NCBI GenBank assembly: GCA_020184695.1 | Contig: JAANOX010000273.1 | Span: forward strand, 286,928 to 350,927 | Origin: Histomonas meleagridis 2922-C6/04-290x | Lineage: Eukaryota > Protista > Parabasalia | Length of the DNA: 64,000 nt | Direction of reading: 5' to 3' | Shown: piece after piece, positions 35,679 through 46,933 of the stretch | Numbering within the stretch: the stretch's first letter is position 1 | Layout of the letters: every line of letters starts with the position of its first letter | The notes under the pieces: generated by a model | Database searches by the model: none | The model's input: only the letters and a program-made list of their open reading frames with translations | What the model was told of the DNA's origin: nothing | Made by a program: the position numbers and the translations under genes

Positions 35679-38600
35679 TCATTTTGGGTACTCTCCAACC
35701 TAATGGGAAAATTTGAATACCTTCCTCTCAAAAAGTGGAAATGCCTTCCAATTATGCGTGATTTTTTGAATAGCATTGAAAAATTCCCTTCCAAAATATT
35801 TTTGTGGGAAAATATTCCTTCTCAAATTTGATTTCTATGTTCTACATTTTTTGACATATAAATTTCTGGAAATTTATAAAATGTCACCAAATAGATTTTT
35901 ACTTTAAACGGTCGCCACCAAAAAAATATTGCTTTGTTGATAAATCAGTACACATTCATAATTTTGATTTGTAAACCAAAAAATATCTATAATAATTAAT
36001 GCTTATTGTTAAATATTAAAATATTCGAATTTTTATGATAGATAATCATTTTCACTTAAAATTAAATAGTTGAAAAATATCTTTATCACATTTTTTAAAA
36101 TTATATGATATATTAAAAGTTTCATTAATTTTGATTTATATTCAGTTAATATTGAGATTTATTCATTTTAAAATCAATTCTCAAGATTTTTGTTTAAAAA
36201 CAACATAAAGAATAATAAATAAACATGAATTAACTATAGCATTCATTAATGAACATGAGTAGGTATATATACAAACACAAATGAATTTGAATTAACATAA
36301 GTAAACATGGAGAATCATGAGTGAATAAGCTACAAGATATAATGAATCAAATGAAATAACAATATTATTTGAATTCATTTAAAGTAATTTTTCGATTCAA
36401 TACTGTATAAAGTTTATTCAAACTAAGTGTCCTTACTTTATTGTGAATAAAAAGAATAATTAGAATCCCTTACTATTATTCGAATGAAATACAACACGAA
36501 AAATCGCATGGTTTTAACATATATGAACATAATACAATATGAGATAAAATATTTTGGAGAAATTGACATCGCTGATTTTGGAATTATAATTTCATGTAAT
36601 AATATTCTATAAAATAAGTTATTCTATTGTAATAAAGAGAATTAGGTATTTCAACATTTATTATATGGCTGTGTTCATAAAAACAAGATTTTTTAATAAC
36701 ATTTGTATATAAAATTATAATTTTATTAGTGTATTTTATTCCTTTAATCATTTATAATAATGTTAACATGTTAATAAATATCTATAAAGCTCCATTTACG
36801 ATTCCATAATCGCAAAAGACTAGTTTTTACAAACAATTTTGGTAATACTAAAATTTTCCTTGAGAAATAATATATTATTCCAAGATTATTCAAATATAAA
36901 TATCATATAATAAGTATTATGCAAATCTCCTAGCTATTCTCTTTAATATATATCATCCGGCACATAAACACATATAACACTCATACCACATGCAAGGAGA
37001 AAACACATAATTAAAATGAATAAGCATAAATAAACTTAATTTAACAAGATAAAAAAAGAATGGAATATATTAATTTTTTGATAAGCATGAAATAGCATCA
37101 TCAAAAATAGAATAAAAATGAATAAAGTTGAGATAACATAAAGAACTGGAAAAAAAGTTAACATAGGATAACATTGAAAAACACTTAATATACATGTCCA
37201 TTAACAAATATAACATAGCATGAATTAAATTAATAAATATGAGTATATATGATTTTTAAATATGTATATTATATTAATTTGTTTATTATAATAAATTATG
37301 ACTTCTCTACCTTAATTTAGTCTCTCTCTTATGATTTAAATAATGAAATTTTTTCAAATATTCTAAGTTATCTTGATCTATCAATAAACAAAATGTATAA
37401 ATTTAATATAATTATATGAATTATTATGATACCTAACTTAAAAAAAAATTCTTTATATTATGCATAAGAAATAGTAGTAACTTGAAATGTAATAAAAGTA
37501 ATTGTACTTAATGAATTTGATATAAAATATATAAGAGAGCGTAGATTTCATTCATTATTATAGAGAGGAAACTATAAAATATTTAAAAAAATTTTTTTCG
37601 GAAAATTATATTTATGCTACAATTATATAAATTGTAAATTACAATTATTTTTTGGATCAAGGTTCGTGAAATCACCTATAAAAATCTTTAATAATGTTAT
37701 ATTTCAATGGATATATATATATAAGTGATTTATAATTACAAATAAGACTTTTAAGATCTAAAATGAAAATGTTTTCATGTTGAACTATTTCAAGATTAAT
37801 ATACAGTTTATTAATGATTATTAATTATAACTATGATTAAAAAATGAACTAATTGTGATCATATCAAAAAATGATCGATAAATTCATATTTCCCATAAAA
37901 TCAATTAGCATAATGACAATAACTTTATACACTTATTTTCTTGGTAACTTTTAAAAATATTATAAGATATACATTCATGTACATATGAGACTTTGAATAA
38001 GTTGAATCCCCGTGTTTTTTTGGTAATATTTGAACAAAGATTATTATCGAATTAAAATTATATCAATTTTTGTCATTAAAAATTATATATTTCATTAGAT
38101 TTATATTTCAAAAAATATTCTAACATTTTTTAAAAATAGAATGAATTATTTCACTATTTTTTTCATACAAAAATGAAAAATTTACCAGATAAAATAATAT
38201 TATCGCTCATAAATGAATGTGTGTAATAATTAATTCTTCAAAAAAAATGTTCACTTTTTGAATAAATGTTTGGAATTAACTGCTTTTTACGCAGAATTTT
38301 CTGTATAAATATTGAATTATCATTCAATAATTGAATGAACATCATTTTACCGAAAATTATTATATTTTTTTTCCAAGATCGCAATATATTTGGTTGTACA
38401 AAATTCGAGATCTGATGAAATATGTATACATTACTAAACATGAGAAATGTGATTGAAATCCGAAATTAGAAAAATTTATAATAAATTTAATTATGTCTAA
38501 AAAATCCAATTTTTAATGTATATAATAATATTTTATCGAAGTTTTTAACATATGTCAAGTTTATTAATGAGCTATATTAATGAATTTATTTGATTTTTAA

Positions 38601-38709
38601 AAATCGATATGATTTTTTTGACATCAAATTAATGTAAAAAATTAATAGGACTAAAGTGTATATAATACATTAAGGTTTACCACAATATAGGATTGATTAA
38701 TTACGATTT

Positions 38710-39030
38710 TTTCCAAAAATTAAATTTTCGAAATTTCGAAATTTGTAACATTTAAAACAAATCAATATTTAAATAATATAATAAAATATGTCATCAAATA
38801 AAGATAATATATACATATTTTTCGAAAATTAAATTTTAAAAATTTCGAAATTTGTAACACAAAATTTAAAAAAAACCAAATCTAAACAATATAACAAGAT
38901 ATGTTATCAAATAAAGATAATATATACAGATTTTTTTCAAAAATTAAATTTTCGAAATTTCCGAAATTTGTGAAATAAATTTTCACGAATCGATATTTAA
39001 ATAACATAATAAAATATTATCTATATTTCT
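38710..39030. repeat. About 3 degenerate copies of a 110-115 bp tandem unit
   Basis: The core AAAATTAAATTTTCGAAATTTCGAAATTTGT recurs at about 38716, 38826 and 38939. Confidence 0.75.
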
Positions 39031-39089
39031 TTCCTTAATTTACAAAAAAAAAAAAATGATCATAACAATCGAAGATATGATTTTTTTAC

Positions 39090-39990
39090 TTATTCCAACT
39101 CTTCTTCTTCTCCATCGCAATCAATTACTTTTGTAAACTTTGTGTCTGCAATTAATTGAACGGCGGCCCTAAACATTTGATCCTTATTGTGAATAACATT
39201 CCATCTCCACATGAACTCTGATATATGTTCATTGACTTTATTTTCTGGGATTCCTTCATATCTTTTATTAATAGTTCCCTCCAAAGTCTTTCTATCATTT
39301 GAGTGTGCGCTTTAGTTTCAGGATCAACAAAAATTACATGAATGATTAACAGTTTCATGCTCGTAATCATTGTCATCATCAAGAAAGTCATACGCTTTCC
39401 AGCAATCAGAAATTATTTTTGTTTCAGGTAATATATGATTACGAATCTCTTCTTCTAATGTTTCTCTTGTTCGATCAGGTACAACAAGACAAAAGAATTG
39501 TCTATCTTCCACACAAATTCCCCCAAAGATCCACACTTGATTTAAACATCGTCCAACATTATATTTTCTTCGGCACATTAAAGTTTCATCAATTTGAACA
39601 GTTTTATCAGGACCGCCAACAACAAGACCTTCTAAAGATAAAACATATGCATCACATGCATTTCTAAATAAAAAGTAAAATAATGCGTGACTTTGTTTCT
39701 GCTCACTCCTACTTCTCTTGCAGTATCTTTACATGAATAGTTATATACCCAACAATATAATAAATACAAAATCTTAGAAAGTGGTATTTTTGCCGAGTAA
39801 AAAATACTTCCATATAAAATACTTTTTGATTTGTGGCATCTTGGGCATATCCATTTGTATCCAAATCCTTTTTGAAGAATCTCAGTAGATCTGCATATCG
39901 AAATTACATTGTTCACACATCATTTGATTATAAATAACTCCATTCTGTAATGCAAATTGAATAGCTGCGTCTTCATACGAAAAAAAGCCA
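39090..39990 (-). pseudogene. Merlin (ISXO2/IS1595-like) transposase, copy 2, frameshifted
   Basis: Zn-ribbon CEQC and WICPRC, an HTH, VQIDETLMCRRKYNVGR, ISDCWKAY, HETVNHS and HTQMIERLWREL. Confidence 0.9.
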
Positions 39991-42974
39991 AAAATAAGAG
40001 AGAGTATTATCGATAAACGGGAAAGATAATTGTTGAGGCTGATTGTAATCCATAATAACAAATAAATATTAAACGCATAATGCATAAAATATTGAATTAT
40101 TATTAATATGAATAATAAATAAAAGCGTATACATAAAAAGAAAATTAATTTATTGATTTAAGTCGATAATAATCGAATATTATAATCAGCAAAATCAATT
40201 AATTCATATAATATTTCATAAATAGCTCAATAAATCAAATATAATATATTCTATTTAAATCCAATTAAATTTTAATTTTATTATATAAGATGTGTGTATT
40301 AATAAACTAGAATTAAAGTTTTTAAACTTTTATTTGATAATGAAAAAAATTTGTTTGAAATTTTGGTGATGACCAAAATTTCATTGAGAAAGTTTGAAAA
40401 AATCATGGTTGAATTTATGTCAATTTTATAATTAAATATCTTATCCTCATTTATTTAGAATATAAAATCATGTATGTAGTATTAAATAATCTAGTTAGAG
40501 AAAATTATATATGCATAAGAAATTTAAAAATGATTTGTAAAAAATGCAAAAAAAGTGAATTTATCATACTTATTCCAGTATACTAATGAAATGGACGACA
40601 GTAACTTAATTGAGTCATTTACATAGATCTTCCCAAAATATTCATATGTAAGTACAAAAAACATATTATTTAAATATTAGGCAATACATAAAAATATATT
40701 TAAAAAAATTTTCAAGTATGCTTTGTACTATATGGAATATGTTCAGCTGATCCCATATAAATTAACTGTTGTTAGAAGAAATGAAATGATACAACATTCA
40801 AATGAATTTTTGAGAAATATTGATGAAATTTATAAAGAAGTTTTTTATTTATATTATAACAAATAAAATGCTAATTTTATATTTAAAGTATGAAAGTTAT
40901 AAAATTATGTTGTCAACTAATAAAGTTCTCATCCGTAACTCAATGTTAATTTTATATAACAATTTATGTTTGCAACTCTACTTGATGAAAATACCCTTTT
41001 ATTTCACATTATAACTGCAGTTATTTCACTTGTTTGAGTAAATAGTCATAAATTATTAGAAAATATAATCATTTAAGATTTTTTATTTATATATAATTTA
41101 TTTTTTTTGCAAAAAATATTGGTTTTTTATTCGGTAAAGCTTACAATAAAAACAAGCCTCATAATATATTGTAAATTACATAGTCAATATGTTTACGAAT
41201 GTAAATATTCATATTCTTATGTTATTTATGGTGTTCAAATGTGTTTTCATATGTTATTTGATATTCTTATGAAATATATATGTTTTCCTGTTCATTTGCT
41301 TTTTTCTATTATAAACTTATAATAATGTATAATGTATATTATAATTAATATATGTGTGGTACTAGTGTGCATTGTGTGTGTATCGGTATGAACCATCATA
41401 TTTTTAACGCCTGATTTCGTATTATTGTGTTAATAAAAATTAAATTTCTGGCGATATATTATCAAAGAAATATTGTTCATTATAAATATGTGCCTTAATG
41501 AATATATTATGATATAAAAAGGATTTTTTATCAAATAGCATTATCAGCGTAAATTGTTATATAGAATTGACATTGAACGATGAATAGGTTATTTATTAGT
41601 TAATAAATGTAATAATCATCACTTTCATATCTTAAATAGAACAGATGGTTCCCATTCATTATTATATAAATAAAAACCTTCTTATGAGTCTTTATATGTA
41701 TTTCTCAAAATTCATTTGAATGATGTACCATTTCATTATACCTAACTACCGTTATTTTATATGGGGTTTACTTTCGAACATATTTTATTTAATACACAGC
41801 ATACATAAAAATATCCAAAATTATTTAATGTGTCGTCTTATATTACCCTAATATATTTTTGGGATTAGATAATCAATATTTAGAAAAGATCTTTGTAACT
41901 AGCTAAATCAAGTTACTATAGTGCATTTTATGAGTTTATTTGTATAGGCATGATAAATCCACTTTTTTGAATTTTTTACAAATCATCTTTGAAATTCTTA
42001 TACATACATTATTTTTTCTAATTAGATTCTTCGATATTTCATATATGATTTTATTTTTTTTATATATGATGAAGAGATATTTAATTACGAAGTTTTGGAC
42101 GAATTAGACCATTATTTTTTCGGACTTTTTTAAAGTGATTTAGGGAACTACGAAAATTTCTAACGAACTTTTATCATCATCAGAAAGGAGTTAAAGAACT
42201 TTGTTCATATTATCTTAGTGCACACATATTATATTTAAATATGATATTATTAAAAAAATTTTTATTGAATAGAAGTCGAGATAAAAGGAGCATTCTTTTT
42301 TTACCCCCATCCCCCTCCCCATATATTTTTATTTCAAATAATGATTAATGAAATTTTTGGGTAATTTTTACTTTATTTGCAATGAATTGATCAAGAAATA
42401 TGTTTATTTATTGCTCATTTATCTTGCATGAATTGGTCATATCGTTGACCATCGGCGCACCGACGATAATAAACCATACAAAAGTGATATATGTCACTTT
42501 TAAAAAAAATTTATCTTGACTTATCATGAATATTATTTCATATTTATATTAATTAATATTCTCAATTATGTGCATATATTATGTATTTTTAATGACTAGT
42601 TCTTATATCTTCCCAGTATACCTATGACCGAATTTTGGAAACGAATTTAATATATATTATTATAAATATTGAGTTCAATAAATATATTATATCTGAGAAT
42701 GTTGCGTGTCAGTGCATATTTGTCATATTAAAATTGAAAATATCGAATAATTTAAAATTATTTAAAAAATACGATGGCAATTTATAAATTCTCAGAAATT
42801 TGAATGTCAAAAAATGTGGAACATAGAAATCGAATTTGATAAGGAATATTTTCTCACAAAAACATTTTGAATGAAAATTTTTCAATGCTATTCAAAAAAT
42901 CACGCATAATTGGAAGGCATTTCCACTTTTTGAGAGGAAGGTATTCAAATTTTCCCATTAGGTTGGAGAGTACC

Positions 42975-43234
42975 TCATTTTGTGTATATTGATCGCAACT
43001 ATGAATTCCATGAATAATATATGAATAAGACGATAAATCTGCAGAAAAATCACATGAAAGACGGCATTTGCAATAACCTGGCATGCTTCGATTGCCATGA
43101 ATGCATCTATAAAAAGCCCTTCGATGTTTTTTACTTCCGTTGCGCTCAAACTGATATTTATAGTTGTTAATTTCGATCATATAGGGTATTCTACAATGCA
43201 TACCATCATAACGCCCAGGCCAACTCGCGATCAT
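42975..43234 (-). pseudogene. N-terminal WRKY/FLYWCH-like zinc-finger part of the split MULE transposase
   Basis: FYRCIHG...CKCRL...HGIHSC. It joins in frame to 35678 when the Merlin and one TSD are removed (DQYTQN-D-SPFWSKED). Confidence 0.85.
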
Positions 43235-44594
43235 TTTTTACAAATATGATGGCCAAATATTTATTGAAAAAGTTGATTTCGTTTATTATTTCATCGACAA
43301 TCATGTCTAACATGAAATCAACATATTTTGTAATTTGAATATCAAATTCATTGTTTATCAACGTTCACAGTTTGATATTATAGAAATTTATTGTATTTCA
43401 CAATAAGAAAAATGTTTCATCATATTTTATTGTTTTTATAAGTTTTGCATATCATAATATATAATATTATTGATGTTAAATAAAAATAATAATTTAATGT
43501 TGTTTAATAAGGAAATTTAACATATGGTTTATCGATATTCAATAAAAAATTTATAATTTATGAATCACAAAATTATATGTGTTAGTTAATGTTTTAGAAT
43601 TAAATTCAGGAAAAATTATTGTTAAAAAAGATATAATTAACAAAATCATTGTAATTCAATGCTTGTTAATGTCATATAAAGATATTCATCAAAATTAATG
43701 AATGTTTAATAAATGAATGTTTAGAGAACTAAATAATTGAAATTCATTGTTTGTTAATATATAATGTAGAAAACCATTATAAATCATTGTATATGAATGT
43801 TTCATTAAATAAATGATTATAAAAAGAATACAGTAATATGTTTTAACATATGGAGAATTCGATTATACTATTTATTTTATAATATTTTATGATTATTTTC
43901 AAAATCGTTTTTTTCCACGAATACTCATTATTATTTAATTCTATACTATTCATGAATAATCATATTGATATAGTTCTTACTATTGTTGAAATTATGCTAT
44001 TTTGTTAAGCTTTATTTTTTCGAAATTTTTTTTATCCAAAATTTTGGAAAAACGAGACGGTTATTTTACATCGAATTCAAAAAGTCGAAAATTGTGGGAA
44101 TAACCGTCCAAAAGTGGGTATGTTTTGGGTATGCTACCCAGACTCTCGAATTCTACAACTAATATATATGATGAATTATGGTCAAATATCAGAAGAAAAT
44201 GATATGCTAAATCATATATCTCAACTGACTCTATATTTAGAAACAATACCCGACTCACTATAATAATAATAATATTAATTTCACATTTGTTTAATAATTC
44301 ATAAAAACATGGATTCTAAATGAGATATGATTGAAAGAAATAAAAGATATATAAGAAAATACTCATTATTATCAACCAATTTCACTCGTGGAATTTCGAA
44401 TAAATTGTCTAAGTTCAATCAAAAATTAATTTTATTTATGATCTTGCAACTTAGAATAATTGACATTTCATTATATATTGTGAATTGCTTGATAAATGAC
44501 ATTAAATTATTATGATTAACTTTCTTCAATCTTCCGAAAAAAATGTCCTTTTTTTTTTATTTCCTCATGTTTGCACTTTTAATTGAAAAAAATT

Positions 44595-45252
44595 ACGTGT
44601 CGAACCTAAAAGTGACGCCACTTTGTTTACGATTCCCTACAAAAGAAAAATATTGAAAATTGTGAGCGAAATTACTTTTCTTAATTTTTTTATATAAAAA
44701 AGTGTCAATGAGACCTTTGGTCAACGTCTTAAAAAGTTGTTTTTATTATGTGTAATTCTCATCGACACTTTCTGAAATGAAAAAATTAAAAAAAGTAATT
44801 TCGCTCACAATTTTCAATATTGTTTTTAAGTTTTTTTTTTATGAATCATATTTAAAATGTCATTGATGGAGCAATTACTTGCTGAAGCTGATACAATATC
44901 AGCCGCAAATGTTTCAGCAGGAACGAAAAAGTACATATGATAGGCTGATTCATGCTTATGCCAAAGTGATGATAAATCTAATACACGAAGAACCATTTCC
45001 TATTACTCATGACAAAATGGTTGCATTCATTATATTTAAAAAGAATCAGAATATGAAATGTTGTACGTTACTAGCTTACATTAATAGTTTTGTACATTAT
45101 TTTCAGTAGACATGAGCAGAGCTGGTATGGAAATTTCAGAGGCACTTTCTATATAAACAATAAAATTTTTGCAATTTTAAATTGAATTGAAAATTGTGAA
45201 CGAAATTATTTTTTTTAATTTTTTCATTTCAAAAAGTGGCTTGATGAGAATT
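44595..45252 (+). mobile_element. Tyrosine-recombinase element, copy B (keeps the N-terminal core-binding domain)
   Basis: Near-palindrome AAAGTGACGCCACTTT (44609-44624). ATG 44866 MEQLLAEAD..., then STYDRLIHAY...PFPITHDKMVAFI...TLLAYINSFVHYF. The last codons MSRAGMEIS are shared with copy A. Repeats of about 65 bp at 44649-44713 (+), 44754-44821 (-) and 45187-45252 (+). Confidence 0.75.
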
Positions 45253-45462
45253 GTGAATTTTTATGAATTTATCATATCTTTTAAATCGCGAAAATTGTAC
45301 GTTAAGCGACCGTTTATTTTATTAACACTGTTCTTTTCAAATTAGTCGATTACTACTTCCTATAATGTCGGAAAATGATTTCATGGTGACCTTCACCTAA
45401 AAAACGATTAAGTTTTCTGCTTTACAAATTCCAAAAAATAATAAACAATTGTATAAATACCG

Positions 45463-46875
45463 CTAATCTGTGGGATAGAATTGTTTCAGAATATATGCTG
45501 CTCGATCTAAAACTTCTTCATCTGGATATTCTGTTAAATTTACTATTACATCTCGCATTGATGCCATGCTAAGAAATTCATTTTCCCACTCTTTTATTTG
45601 AAGACTTTGTGCCATCTGTAAGAAAGAAATGAGCGAATCTAATAGTTCGAGAAGGATGTCCTTTTGTTCAATTTGTAACATTTTCTCCAAAGATCGTAGA
45701 GTCCCTGCATCAAGAGCTGTTTGTACAAGTGTTTTATCTTTTGAGGATAAGAGACCAGAAAGGATCCATGTGCTTTGAACTGATAATAAAAATGATGGTG
45801 AAAACATCAATTCGGCAATTAAACTGAATAAAGGCGAGTTAACAAATACAAAGTAATTAGACCTGTTAGCGAAAAAAATATAACCAATATCAATTAGAAT
45901 GGGATTGTATTGTGTTGGAGACCAAGAATCAGACTGTGCTGCAAGTGCATCAGTTAAGTGATCAAAAAATTCAGGTGTGATAAGATCATTTGCTATGGAT
46001 TCCTCATGGTAACAAAGTTGGCGCAAAAAGTAGAGAAAAGGTTTCAAGTAACGATAAGATGTATTACTGTCAATTTGTAAAATTTTGCTTTGGGGCACCC
46101 CATTATCCACAATCATTGTTTTGATTTCAGGAAATTTGTTTTCTGCATGCCTAAGAGTTTGATATACTTTTCTCTGTAATTCTTCATTGTCATACTTTGA
46201 GTAATCAAAGACAATTGGGAGATAATCTGTTAATAATTGTTCTGAATGTTTTGTAGCTGCTTTAGACATAAAAAGTGATTTGATGACACACATAATCTCA
46301 ATATCAGGAGTGTCGTTTTCAAGTTGGTCAATAGCAGATTTTACGTCAACGTAATATCTATTCGAAAGAAAATGATCACAATATTCATCAGAAAAACTTA
46401 ACATTTTTGAAATTCCAGCAAACAATGGCCCTGCTGCTTGTGAAGAACATCCGGTTTTAAGGATTTGAAGAATTAAAGATGGATATTCTGAATTAAATAG
46501 AAGTTCAACTCCATCAGTTCCAGCAATATCTGAACAGTAATAGCGCCCCAAAATTGTTAAAACTAGTGTTGCAGTCTCGTCAAGCAGTGGCTTTTTGAGG
46601 GAGTTATTAAGTTCTTCATGAACATTGAAATTACTGAATAAATCATAAGGAAAATATTTCAACTCGTCAAGGGAAATCAAAATTAAATGCAGGTTATATG
46701 TGAATTCTTCAAGTGACTTTGATTTGCTTAGATTTGAAAAATGGAAGGGAAGTTGTTGTTTTATAATAGGTTCTGGTTGTTTTTCTATATTTTGTCTGGA
46801 TCCAAACGACAGTGTATCAGTGATGCGCCTCCATGTTGAGAATTGCCCTGATTCATGTCTGTTAAATTCTTCCAT
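45463..46875 (-). CDS. Armadillo-repeat protein, importin-alpha-like (470 aa)
   Basis: Helical ARM-like repeats. The C-terminal STWILSGLL...VIVNLTEYPDEEVLDRAAYILKQFY resembles the importin-alpha ARM10 end. Confidence 0.7.
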   Translation of the reverse strand: MEEFNRHESGQFSTWRRITDTLSFGSRQNIEKQPEPIIKQQLPFHFSNLSKSKSLEEFTYNLHLILISLDELKYFPYDLFSNFNVHEELNNSLKKPLLDETATLVLTILGRYYCSDIAGTDGVELLFNSEYPSLILQILKTGCSSQAAGPLFAGISKMLSFSDEYCDHFLSNRYYVDVKSAIDQLENDTPDIEIMCVIKSLFMSKAATKHSEQLLTDYLPIVFDYSKYDNEELQRKVYQTLRHAENKFPEIKTMIVDNGVPQSKILQIDSNTSYRYLKPFLYFLRQLCYHEESIANDLITPEFFDHLTDALAAQSDSWSPTQYNPILIDIGYIFFANRSNYFVFVNSPLFSLIAELMFSPSFLLSVQSTWILSGLLSSKDKTLVQTALDAGTLRSLEKMLQIEQKDILLELLDSLISFLQMAQSLQIKEWENEFLSMASMRDVIVNLTEYPDEEVLDRAAYILKQFYPTD

Positions 46876-46933
46876 TTGGTGTCAAAATTCAATATGCTTT
46901 TACCACTTTTTGAATATTTTACGCAGAAACAAA

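Larger units (their letters stand above)
35687..42974 (-). mobile_element. Merlin-superfamily element, 7,288 bp, inserted in the MULE transposase
   Basis: TIRs of about 200 bp beginning GGTACTCTCCAACC (the first about 97 bp identical). Exact 8-bp TSD TCATTTTG at 35679-35686 and 42975-42982. It contains an ISXO2-type transposase. Confidence 0.88.
32224..44147 (-). mobile_element. Complete-ended Mutator-like element (11,924 bp including a nested insertion)
   Basis: Near-perfect 327-bp TIRs (32224-32550 and 43821-44147, beginning GAGAGTCTGGGTAGCATACCC). Exact 9-bp TSD GAATTCTAC at 32215-32223 and 44148-44156. Confidence 0.95.

Noticed and set aside
35687-35794. N-terminus MEGNFSMLFKKSRIIG... 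of ORF 35333-35794 (and the C-terminus of ORF 42854-43234)
   Set aside because: These residues are read through the Merlin TIR and are not part of the MULE transposase.
46700-46933. Extended N-terminus of the 912-aa ORF
   Set aside because: It overlaps the ARM gene antisense and uses a non-ATG start. ATG 46934 begins the Aquarius-like sequence.
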